A stretch of DNA of 64,000 bases from an uncultured Bacilli bacterium (lineage in GTDB: Bacteria > Bacillota_I > Bacilli_A > RFN20 > CAG-826): positions 7,293-71,292 of the forward strand of contig CALVPP010000001.1 in assembly GCA_944351395.1 (NCBI GenBank), read 5' to 3'. The notes under the pieces are model-generated. The model ran no database searches. It was not told the origin of the DNA and was given only the letters and a program-made list of their open reading frames with translations. Position 1 is the first letter of the stretch, and each line of letters starts with the position of its first letter. Positions 55,291-64,000 of the stretch are shown piece by piece. The position numbers and the translations under genes are program-made.

Positions 55291-58200
55291 ATGAAAAATG
55301 TGTTTGATAAACCACTCCTCAATAATGATCGTCTCGATTTCTCGAAAATTTCTGGTAAATTACCTTTGCCATATTTAGTCGAGATTCAAACCGATTCATT
55401 TAAGCATCTTTTAGACGAAGGCATCGATGAAGTTTTTAATGATGTTTTTCCTATTTACAATTATTCGGAAACGATGTCATTACAATATGTCGGTCATGAA
55501 TTTGAAGCACCAAAATATTCACATCTAGAAGCGAAGGTACGTGATTTAAATTATGCCGCACCATTGCGTGTGTCTTTACGTCTCGTTTTACCTGATGGTC
55601 AAATTAAGGAATCCAAAGTATTCATGGGTGATTTCCCTCTCATGACTGATTCCGGTACATTTATCATCGCCGGTGTTGAACGTGTCATCGTCTCTCAAAT
55701 TGTCCGTTCACCAGGTGCTTATATGTCCAAGGTTTTAGAAAAATCTGGAAAGTATCATTACGAAGCAGATTTAATTCCTGCACGTGGCACGTGGTTACAA
55801 TTTGAAACAGATAGCAAAGATTTATTAAATGTCCGTATCGATCGTCAAAGAAAGATGTTAGCGACTATTTTCCTTAAAGCTCTCGGACTAGAAAATTATG
55901 ACGATATCATCGAACTTTTCGGTGATCATCCGATGCTCGTCGAGACTTTGAAAAAAGACGCTCAAACGACTAATAAAACTGAAGCTCTCACTGAGATTTT
56001 CCAAAAATTAAAACCAGGTGAACCTGTTACCTTAGAAGGTATTAAGAATTTCTTATTCCAAAAATTCTTCGATGAGAAAAGATATGATTTAGGTGCAGCA
56101 GGACGTTATAAATATCGTCGTAAATTAGGTATTTATAATCGTCTCCCTGGACGTATTTTAGCGGAAGATTTAGTTTCTGCTGATAAAAAAGTTCGCTTTA
56201 AATCAGGACATTTATTGACTTTAGAGGATGTAGATGCATTGCGTGACGAACGTTTCTTTGAAACTGGTGCACATCAATACACTCTTCCATGCAATTCTGA
56301 CCTCGATTCTCATAGTACCGTAAACATCGTTGAAGTTTACACTGATGAAACGAAGAAGAGAAGTGTCAAAATTATTGGTACTGACTTAAATTTATTAGAG
56401 AAATATGTGACTATCTCTGATATTTATGCTATTTTCTCTTATTTTATGAACGTCATCGAAGGTTTTGGTGATTTAGATGATATCGATCACTTATCCAACC
56501 GTCGTGTTCGCTCCGTTGGTGAATTAATTCAGCAACAATTACGTATTGGTTTGACCAAGATGGCAAAAGCAGTACAACAAAAGATGTCTATCGCGGACGT
56601 AGAAACTATCACGCCTGCGTCCTTAATTAATATTAGACCTCTTACTGCTTCGATTAGAGAATTCTTCTCTTCGAGCCAACTCTCTCAATTTATGGATCAG
56701 ACGAATCCTTTAGCTGAGCTTACTAATAAACGTCGTATCAGCGCATTAGGTCCTGGCGGTTTAACACGTGATCGTGCTTCGATGGAAGTGCGTGACGTTC
56801 ATAATACTCACTATGGTCGAATCTGTCCTATCGAAACTCCTGAAGGTCAAAATATTGGTTTAATTAATAATCTTGCAACTTATGCAAAAATTAATAAATA
56901 TGGTTTTATTGAAACTCCTTACAGACGAGTTGATAAAAAGCGTCATGTCGTGACAGAAGAAAATGAATATCTTTCTGCTGACAAAGAACGTAATGTTATC
57001 ATTGCACAAGCAAACGTCCATTTAGATCCTGTTACGCATGAAATTCTAGATGAGACAGTCATCGCTCGTCATGATGGCGAAAGCATCATGGCTAGACGTG
57101 AAGATGTCGATTACATCGACGTTTCTCCAAAACAAATCGTCTCCGTCGCTAGTGCGTGTATTCCGTTCTTAGAAAATGATGACACGACTCGTGCTCTTAT
57201 GGGTGCGAACATGCAACGTCAAGCGTTGCCATTACTTAAGCCAAACGCTCCTTATGTAGGAACGGGTATGGAACACGTCATCGCTCGCGATAGTGGTCTT
57301 GCTCTCGTCGCAACAAGCGATGGTAAAGTAACTTACGTCGATAGTCGCACTATTAAAGTTAAGGAACCAAAAGTTAAAGAAATTAAAGTATACAATCTTC
57401 AAAAATTCGATCGTTCCAATAATGGTACTTGTATTAATCAAGTCCCAATCGTCAAAGTTGGTCAAGAAATTAAACGTGGTGAAATCATCGCTGATGGACC
57501 TGCTATGGAACATGGCGATCTTGCCTTAGGACAAAACGTCACCATCGCCTTCATGACTTGGAATGGTTATAACTATGAAGACGCAGTCATCATGAGTGAA
57601 AGACTCGTCAAAGATGATGCTTATACATCTATTCATATTGAAAAATATGAAATTGAATGTCGTTCGACCAAGATTGGTGATGAAGAAATTACTCGTGATA
57701 TTCCTAATACGAGCGAAGAAGCGAAAGCTTTCCTCGATGAGAGAGGTATCATCATCCCTGGTGCAAAAGTTAAAGAAGGGGATATCTTAGTCGGTAAGAC
57801 GACACCAAAAGGTGCAAGCGATCCTACCCCAGAAGAAAAACTTCTTCAAGCTATCTTCGCTGAGAAGACAAAAGAACAACGCGATTCTTCATTACGCGTT
57901 CCACATGGTGGTGCAGGTATCGTTTTAGATGTGAAAATTTTCTCGCGTAAAAATAAAGATCAATTACCTGCTGGTGTCAATGAAGTAGTGCGTGTTTACA
58001 TCGCTCAAAAACGCAAGATTAGCGAAGGTGATAAGATGAGTGGTCGTCACGGTAATAAAGGTGTTATTTCCCGCATTTTGCCGGTAGAAGATATGCCTTA
58101 TTTACCAGATGGCACACCTGTCGACATCATGCTCAATCCTCTTGGTGTTCCAAGCCGTATGAACATTGGTCAAATTTTAGAAATACATTTAGGTATTGCT

Positions 58201-58875
58201 TGTAAGACTTTATCCGAAAGATATGGTAAGCCATTTAAAATTGCAACTCCTGTCTTTGACGGTATTACTAATGATGAGATTTTTGAACTTATGAAAGAAG
58301 CAAATATCTCTAAAGATGGTAAGACGATTTTATACGATGGTCGTACGGGCGAAAGATTTGATGAACGTATTTCTGTCGGTGTCATGTATATGATTAAACT
58401 CGTGCACATGGTCGATGATAAATTGCACGCACGTGCTACTGGTCCATATAGTCTCGTCACCCAACAACCATTAGGTGGTAAGGCACAAAATGGTGGTCAA
58501 AGATTTGGTGAGATGGAAGTCTGGGCCCTTGAAGCTTACGGTGCGGCACATACTTTACAAGAAATACTTACGATTAAGTCTGATGATCGTATCGGTCGTA
58601 GAAAGACTTATGAAGCAATTATTGAAGGCAAGAAATTACCTAAGCCTGGTCTACCAGAAGCTTTCAAAGTGCTCACTAAAGAATTACAAGGTCTTGGCAT
58701 GGATGTAAAATTACTCAATCATAACGGTCAAGAAATCGACCTTGAAGAATTAGCACGTGATGCACAAAGAGAAGAAAGAAAAGCTCGTCGTGAAGCTAAA
58801 GAAGAGATGAAAGTCGAGGAAGAATACGTTCCTGACGAAGAACTTTCTACGCGTAGCGACAGAGAAATGGAATAG
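55291..58875 (+). CDS. rpoB: DNA-directed RNA polymerase subunit beta
   Basis: 1194 aa with conserved beta-subunit regions. Confidence 0.97.
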   Translation: MKNVFDKPLLNNDRLDFSKISGKLPLPYLVEIQTDSFKHLLDEGIDEVFNDVFPIYNYSETMSLQYVGHEFEAPKYSHLEAKVRDLNYAAPLRVSLRLVLPDGQIKESKVFMGDFPLMTDSGTFIIAGVERVIVSQIVRSPGAYMSKVLEKSGKYHYEADLIPARGTWLQFETDSKDLLNVRIDRQRKMLATIFLKALGLENYDDIIELFGDHPMLVETLKKDAQTTNKTEALTEIFQKLKPGEPVTLEGIKNFLFQKFFDEKRYDLGAAGRYKYRRKLGIYNRLPGRILAEDLVSADKKVRFKSGHLLTLEDVDALRDERFFETGAHQYTLPCNSDLDSHSTVNIVEVYTDETKKRSVKIIGTDLNLLEKYVTISDIYAIFSYFMNVIEGFGDLDDIDHLSNRRVRSVGELIQQQLRIGLTKMAKAVQQKMSIADVETITPASLINIRPLTASIREFFSSSQLSQFMDQTNPLAELTNKRRISALGPGGLTRDRASMEVRDVHNTHYGRICPIETPEGQNIGLINNLATYAKINKYGFIETPYRRVDKKRHVVTEENEYLSADKERNVIIAQANVHLDPVTHEILDETVIARHDGESIMARREDVDYIDVSPKQIVSVASACIPFLENDDTTRALMGANMQRQALPLLKPNAPYVGTGMEHVIARDSGLALVATSDGKVTYVDSRTIKVKEPKVKEIKVYNLQKFDRSNNGTCINQVPIVKVGQEIKRGEIIADGPAMEHGDLALGQNVTIAFMTWNGYNYEDAVIMSERLVKDDAYTSIHIEKYEIECRSTKIGDEEITRDIPNTSEEAKAFLDERGIIIPGAKVKEGDILVGKTTPKGASDPTPEEKLLQAIFAEKTKEQRDSSLRVPHGGAGIVLDVKIFSRKNKDQLPAGVNEVVRVYIAQKRKISEGDKMSGRHGNKGVISRILPVEDMPYLPDGTPVDIMLNPLGVPSRMNIGQILEIHLGIACKTLSERYGKPFKIATPVFDGITNDEIFELMKEANISKDGKTILYDGRTGERFDERISVGVMYMIKLVHMVDDKLHARATGPYSLVTQQPLGGKAQNGGQRFGEMEVWALEAYGAAHTLQEILTIKSDDRIGRRKTYEAIIEGKKLPKPGLPEAFKVLTKELQGLGMDVKLLNHNGQEIDLEELARDAQREERKARREAKEEMKVEEEYVPDEELSTRSDREME

Positions 58876-58893
58876 AAGGAGGGAAAATAGTAT

Positions 58894-61800
58894 ATGTTTG
58901 ATGTCAATGATTTAGCAGCGATTAAAGTCGGTCTTGCTTCTCCTGAGACGATTCGTTCATGGTCGCACGGCGAAGTAACGAAGCCTGAGACGATCAACTA
59001 TCGTTCCCAAAAACCAGAACCAGACGGTCTTTTCTGTGAAAAGATTTTTGGTCCTAGTAAAGATTATGAATGTCATTGTGGCAAATATAAGAAAATTCGT
59101 TTTGCTGGCACAGTTTGTGAAAAATGTGGTGTTTTAGTTACTACTAAAGATGTGCGTCGTGAACGCATGGGCTCTATTACTTTAGCTAGTCCATGTACAC
59201 ACATTTGGTATCTCAAAGGTGTTCCATCACGTATCGGTCTCATTCTCGATGTTTCTCCTAAACACTTAGAAGAAGTCGTCTATTTTGCCGCACATATTTG
59301 TCTATATCCAGGTAATTCTAAAATTTTATCAAAAGCTCAATTCTTAGATGAAAAAGAAGCACGTCGTGTCTTCGTCGATGTCATTAACGAATTTAAAGAT
59401 AAACTCGATCCTGAAAGTTATGATTACACGCTTGCTGAAGAATATATCGTCAAGATGCAAACACCTTACGAAGCGTTTGATTTCCAAACTATTTCTCGTT
59501 TTATTTCCAAACATACAGTCGACGAAAATGGTCGCTGTGCCGAATTTGGTGAAGGTGCAGAAGCAGTAAAAAGATTGCTAGTTGAGCTTAGCGAGCCTTG
59601 CGATCCTAGTGCAGTAGAAGGCGATGCTAATTTTGGTAAGACTAACCTCGATGCGGAATTTGATCGTGTCAATGCAAAACTTCGTGAAGAGGCTGGCAAA
59701 AAGAAAAAGAACAATCAAACTTTTGAAAAACTCAAAAAGCGTCTTGAAGTCATAGAAGCTTTTAGACACTCTGGCAATAAACCAGAATGGATGGTTTTAG
59801 ACATCATTCCAGTCATTCCACCAGATTTACGTCCTATGTTGCAACTCGATGGTGGTCGTTTTGCGACGAGTGATTTAAACGATTTATATCGTCGTGTCAT
59901 CACCCGTAATGCTAGATTACGTAAGCTCATCGACATGAACGCTCCATACGTTATTTTGATGAATGAAAAACGTATGCTTCAAGAAGCAGTTGATGCTTTA
60001 ATTGATAATGGTAGACGCAATAAAGCAGTTACTGGGACTGGCTCACGTCCTTTGAAATCTTTAAGTAGTGCACTTAAGGGTAAACAAGGTCGTTTTAGAC
60101 AAAACCTACTCGGTAAACGTGTTGACTACTCCGGACGTTCTGTCATCGCTGTTGGTCCAGACCTAAAGATGTATCAATGTGGTTTGCCACGCGAGATGGC
60201 GATTCAATTATTAAAGCCTTTTATCGCTTCACGTCTACTTAGCGATGGTGTGTGTAATGCCCATCGCGCAGCAGAGCGTTATATCGATAGAAGAGATGAA
60301 AAAGTTTATGCTATTTTAGAAGATATCATTTCTTCTCACCCGGTTTTATTAAATCGTGCTCCTACATTGCATAGATTAGGTATACAAGCTTTCCAACCTA
60401 AACTAGTTGATGGTCACGCTATTAGATTACACCCACTCGTTTGTACCGGCTTTAATGCTGACTTCGATGGTGACCAAATGGCAGTTCACGTTCCGTTAGG
60501 AAAAGCTGCGCAAGAAGAAGCACTTAACCTCATGCTTGCTAGCAATAATATTTTAGGTCCTAAAGATGGTAAACCTATCGTCACTCCTTCTCAGGACATG
60601 GTCTTAGGTAATTATTATTTAACACTTGAGTCAAGCAAGGATGATTTCCTTAAAAAAGCGAAGAAATGCCGTGATATTGGTGATGAAGAAGAGGCTATTA
60701 AGTACGAACTTTATGCACGCGAAGAAGGTAAAGTTTTCGCTAGTGTAGATGAAGTTATTCATGCTTATCAAACGAAAAATATTCACCTTCACAATCGTAT
60801 CGCTCTATTAGGTAGGACACTTAACAAAGCAAGCTTCACTGAAGAACAAAATAATTCATACTTACTTACGACTGTCGGTAAAGTCATATTCAATCAAATT
60901 TATCCTAGTGAGTTCCCATATTTGAATGAGCCTACACGTGCTAATTTGAATGGTAATATTGACAAATATTTTGTGAAGCGCGGTACGAACATTAAAGAAG
61001 AAATCGCTAAACGTCCTTTAGTTGAACCATTTAAGAAAGGCGATATTGGTAACATCATTAACCAAATCTTCCAACAATTTGGTACATCTAAGACGAGTGC
61101 GGTTCTCGATAAAATCAAAGACCAAGGTTTCTACTATTCAACTGTTGCAGGTATCACTATTTCGATTGACGACATCAACGTCTTAAGTGACAAACAAACA
61201 CTTCTAAATAAAGGCGAAGAACAAATTGCTCAAGTTGAAGAACTTTATGATGAAGGTTTACTCACCGATCAAGAACGTCACAAAAAGGTTACACAAGTAT
61301 GGACCGATGTACGTAATCAAGTAGAAAAGGAATTAAAAGCTCAAATTGCTAAAGATAAACGTAATCCTATCTACATGATGAAAGATAGTGGTGCCCGTGG
61401 TAGTGACTCGAACTTCACTCAGCTCTCTGGTATGAGAGGTCTTATGTCTAATCCTAAAGGTGAAGTCATCGAGGTTCCGATTAAATCTTGTTTCCGTGAA
61501 GGTCTTAGCGTGTCTGAATTCTTCATCGCGACGCACGGTGCTCGTAAGGGTGGTGCTGATACTGCTCTTAAGACTGCTGACTCTGGTTATCTTACCCGTC
61601 GTCTTGTCGACGTCTCTCAAGATGTTATCGTTCGTGAGATCGATTGTGGTACAGATCATGGCTTTGTCGTCAAAGACATCATGGATACTTCGAGAACTGA
61701 TATTATCGTTCCACTAAAAGATAGATTAGTTGGTCGCTATTCTTTACGTGCTATCATCCATCCAGAAACTGGAGAAATTATCGTCCCTGCTAATACCCTC

Positions 61801-62823
61801 ATCGAAGAAGCTGATGCGGATCGTGTCGTTGCTGCCGGTATTAAGGAAGTTGAAATTCGTTCCTTATTTGGATGTGAAACTAAAAATGGTGTATGCGTCC
61901 ACTGTTATGGTCGTAACCTCGCAACAGGTAAAGTCGTAGAAGTTGGCGAAGCTGTTGGTACGATGGCTGCCCAATCAATTGGTGAACCTGGCACTCAGCT
62001 CACGATGAGAACATTCCATGAAGGTGGCGTCTCTGGTAGCGATATCACGCAAGGTTTACCACGTGTACAAGAATTGTTTGAAGCCCGTAATCCAAAAGGT
62101 AAGGCGGTCATATCTGAAATTAATGGTACTGTTGAAATTAGAGAAAAAGAAAACAAAGCCATTGTTACTAATGACAAAGAATCTAAGACGTATGACATTC
62201 CATTTGGCGCTCGTATGAGAGTGAGAAATGGTGACACAGTCAAGAGCGGTGGTAAAATTACCGAAGGTGCTATTTCACCTAAAGAATTGCTAGAATGTGC
62301 CGGTGTTACTTCTGTCGAAAATTATTTGATTAAAGAAGTTCAAAAAGTTTATCGTAGTCAAGGTATTGGCATTAGTGATAAGCATATCGAGGTCATCGTT
62401 CGTCAAATGTTACGTAAAGTTGCGATTATCGAAGGCGGTGATACGCATCTATTGCCTGGTATGCGTGTCAGCGTCGAGGAATTCACCGAGACGAACGCTC
62501 GTGCGATAAAAGAAGGCAAACGTCCAGCAATGGCTAGCCCACTCATCTTACGTATTACTGAAGCCGCTCTTCAAACTGATAGTTTCCTCAGTGCTGCAAG
62601 TTTCCAAGAAACTACCCGTGTTCTCACCGATGCTGCTATTAAAGCAAAAACTGATTACTTACATGGTCTAAAAGAGAACGTCATCACTGGTAAACTTATC
62701 CCAGCTGGTCGCGGTTTATTAAGCGAAGATAAAGAGGATGAATTACTCGAAGATTTCGATGTCTTGACGAGGATGGACGAAGTGAAAGCCTCTTATATTG
62801 AAGCTCACGATCGTCACGAATAA
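58894..62823 (+). CDS. rpoC: DNA-directed RNA polymerase subunit beta'
   Basis: 1309 aa with the NADFDGD catalytic motif and the Zn site CHCGKYKK...C..CG. Confidence 0.97.
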   Translation: MFDVNDLAAIKVGLASPETIRSWSHGEVTKPETINYRSQKPEPDGLFCEKIFGPSKDYECHCGKYKKIRFAGTVCEKCGVLVTTKDVRRERMGSITLASPCTHIWYLKGVPSRIGLILDVSPKHLEEVVYFAAHICLYPGNSKILSKAQFLDEKEARRVFVDVINEFKDKLDPESYDYTLAEEYIVKMQTPYEAFDFQTISRFISKHTVDENGRCAEFGEGAEAVKRLLVELSEPCDPSAVEGDANFGKTNLDAEFDRVNAKLREEAGKKKKNNQTFEKLKKRLEVIEAFRHSGNKPEWMVLDIIPVIPPDLRPMLQLDGGRFATSDLNDLYRRVITRNARLRKLIDMNAPYVILMNEKRMLQEAVDALIDNGRRNKAVTGTGSRPLKSLSSALKGKQGRFRQNLLGKRVDYSGRSVIAVGPDLKMYQCGLPREMAIQLLKPFIASRLLSDGVCNAHRAAERYIDRRDEKVYAILEDIISSHPVLLNRAPTLHRLGIQAFQPKLVDGHAIRLHPLVCTGFNADFDGDQMAVHVPLGKAAQEEALNLMLASNNILGPKDGKPIVTPSQDMVLGNYYLTLESSKDDFLKKAKKCRDIGDEEEAIKYELYAREEGKVFASVDEVIHAYQTKNIHLHNRIALLGRTLNKASFTEEQNNSYLLTTVGKVIFNQIYPSEFPYLNEPTRANLNGNIDKYFVKRGTNIKEEIAKRPLVEPFKKGDIGNIINQIFQQFGTSKTSAVLDKIKDQGFYYSTVAGITISIDDINVLSDKQTLLNKGEEQIAQVEELYDEGLLTDQERHKKVTQVWTDVRNQVEKELKAQIAKDKRNPIYMMKDSGARGSDSNFTQLSGMRGLMSNPKGEVIEVPIKSCFREGLSVSEFFIATHGARKGGADTALKTADSGYLTRRLVDVSQDVIVREIDCGTDHGFVVKDIMDTSRTDIIVPLKDRLVGRYSLRAIIHPETGEIIVPANTLIEEADADRVVAAGIKEVEIRSLFGCETKNGVCVHCYGRNLATGKVVEVGEAVGTMAAQSIGEPGTQLTMRTFHEGGVSGSDITQGLPRVQELFEARNPKGKAVISEINGTVEIREKENKAIVTNDKESKTYDIPFGARMRVRNGDTVKSGGKITEGAISPKELLECAGVTSVENYLIKEVQKVYRSQGIGISDKHIEVIVRQMLRKVAIIEGGDTHLLPGMRVSVEEFTETNARAIKEGKRPAMASPLILRITEAALQTDSFLSAASFQETTRVLTDAAIKAKTDYLHGLKENVITGKLIPAGRGLLSEDKEDELLEDFDVLTRMDEVKASYIEAHDRHE

Positions 62824-62846
62824 AAATAATAAAAATTATCAATTAA

Positions 62847-62876
62847 ACCTATCATCGAAGATGGTAGGTTTTTTTA
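62847..62876 (+). terminator. Intrinsic terminator after rpoC
   Basis: ACCTATCATC-gaag-GATGGTAGGT followed by T7. Confidence 0.7.
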
Positions 62877-62894
62877 ATTTACATATGATTTTAT

Positions 62895-62922
62895 TTGACT
62901 AACTTAAAACCTTGAATATAAT
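62895..62922 (+). promoter_or_regulatory. Promoter for downstream metallopeptidase gene
   Basis: TTGACT, a 16-nt spacer, then TATAAT. Confidence 0.45.
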
Positions 62923-62982
62923 ATGTATCATATCTCGCGGAGATATACTCAAATTATTAATTTGAAAGGAGTAAAGAAGATT

Positions 62983-64000
62983 ATGTCAAAAAGAAAAATC
63001 TTAACCTTCGCTCTCTCTTTATTCGCTACTGTCTTAACAGCGTGTGATCCAGGAACGGACCCAGAGAGTAAAGGTATTACATTCGATGATTTAAACGTCG
63101 CATCGAATTATATTGCTTCTAAAGAATTCTATGTCGATTCTAATGGCAATCAAGCTTATACCTCGACTCACATTTCTGGCGATCCTAACACTTTAGGAGA
63201 TGTTGGTGTTTTCGTTCTTCCTGTCGAATTCGAAGATGCACCTGCTAGCGAATTACCTGGTGGAGCAGAATTCCAATTACAGAAAATTGAAGAAGCTTTC
63301 TTTGGAGATCCTGCGACAAATCCTTACCTCACAGAATCTCTTAAGAGCTATTACGCGAAATCTAGTTATGGCAAAATGAACATCGTCGGTGATGTCGCAG
63401 ATTCGTGGTGGAACTGCGGTATGACCATCAATGAATTAGCCGAAGTTTATGTTCGCGACTACAACAATGGTACTTCTGGTAGTGCACCTTTTAAGGTTTT
63501 AAGAGAGTACTATATGGAAAGAACTGGTCTTAGCCGTGTTGGTTATATCACTGTCGAAGGTTACAACTGGGCAAATACTTATGATAAGAACCGTGATGGT
63601 TTCATCGATTGTATCGCTATGATTTATAGCGCTCATTCTTATCCCAACATGTCCTATATTCCGACATCATTAAGCCAAGCTTATCAAGACACATTCTGGG
63701 CTTTCACTCACAGTGATTTCTATCAAAAACCTTGGCTTACGACGAACGTCACTGATCCAGCCTTGATTGAACAATACACTCAATTACCGAACAATTATGT
63801 TCCTTGCTATTATCGTTTCTTATGGATGAGTTGGGATCAAATTTGGTACGGTGGTTATTATAATGCTGATCACACCTTCACTTCTCTAAGTTGGAGAAAC
63901 TCTTCTCAAGCTGCACAACTTACGAATTTAATCGCTAGTGGTGAAGCCTTACTTGATACGCATACTATCATTCACGAAAGTGGTCACGCGCTCTGCGCAT
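62983..64000 (+). CDS. Lipoprotein zinc metallopeptidase, HExxH type (3' end outside window)
   Basis: The signal plus lipobox is MSKRKILTFALSLFATVLTAC. RBS AGGAG. HESGH sits at the window edge. Possibly M6/InhA-like. Confidence 0.45.
   Translation, partial: MSKRKILTFALSLFATVLTACDPGTDPESKGITFDDLNVASNYIASKEFYVDSNGNQAYTSTHISGDPNTLGDVGVFVLPVEFEDAPASELPGGAEFQLQKIEEAFFGDPATNPYLTESLKSYYAKSSYGKMNIVGDVADSWWNCGMTINELAEVYVRDYNNGTSGSAPFKVLREYYMERTGLSRVGYITVEGYNWANTYDKNRDGFIDCIAMIYSAHSYPNMSYIPTSLSQAYQDTFWAFTHSDFYQKPWLTTNVTDPALIEQYTQLPNNYVPCYYRFLWMSWDQIWYGGYYNADHTFTSLSWRNSSQAAQLTNLIASGEALLDTHTIIHESGHALCA

Overview
This window is a chromosomal core segment of a low-GC Firmicutes-type genome (Bacilli/Erysipelotrichia-like codon usage), almost entirely on the + strand. 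The gene order follows the classical Bacillus-type backbone.

Gene content, in order:
- pcrA (3' part), ligA, gatCAB, galE, then a translationally coupled NYN-LOTUS protein.
- smpB, folC, an ECF-type membrane protein and three uncharacterised small proteins, then prs.
- A queuosine salvage cluster: queT, tgt, queA, queH.
- The complete S10-spc-alpha ribosomal superoperon, rpsJ through rplQ, including secY, adk, map, infA, rpmJ and rpoA, ending in a strong bidirectional terminator.
- A convergent glnA on the minus strand.
- A redox island: preT-preA-like dihydropyrimidine dehydrogenase pair, a lipoprotein, a second GltD-like oxidoreductase, and a trimeric NuoE/NuoF/[FeFe]-hydrogenase (HydCBA-type) set.
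- A HAD hydrolase, a lipoprotein, cysS, mgtC, rlmB and a SigH-like sigma factor.
- rpmG-secE-nusG, then an inserted ArsR/SmtB-family repressor plus P1B heavy-metal ATPase module.
- rplK-rplA-(L10 leader)-rplJ-rplL, rpoB, rpoC, and the 5' part of a lipoprotein HExxH metallopeptidase.

I found no rRNA, tRNA, CRISPR array, transposase or integrase, and no clear-cut defence island.

The most unusual observations are:
1. The hydrogenase cluster carries an extra glutamate-synthase-beta-like subunit, and HydA has a non-canonical L1 motif (TSCSPGW where TSCCPxW is expected).
2. Many ribosomal proteins carry Lys/Ala/Arg-rich terminal extensions (L5, L22, L23, S5, S17, L3), including a GC-rich Arg-rich patch in rpsE, and L30 is absent.
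3. A metal-sensing repressor and P-type ATPase are wedged between nusG and rplK, with a palindromic operator in the promoter.
4. An uncharacterised trio sits between folC and prs: a small membrane protein, a Zn-PLC/P1-nuclease-like protein and a 206-aa kinase-like protein.
5. The L11 N-terminal domain is divergent.
6. Structured leaders precede the S10 and L10 operons.

All functional calls are motif- and synteny-based from the translated ORFs. No database search was possible.
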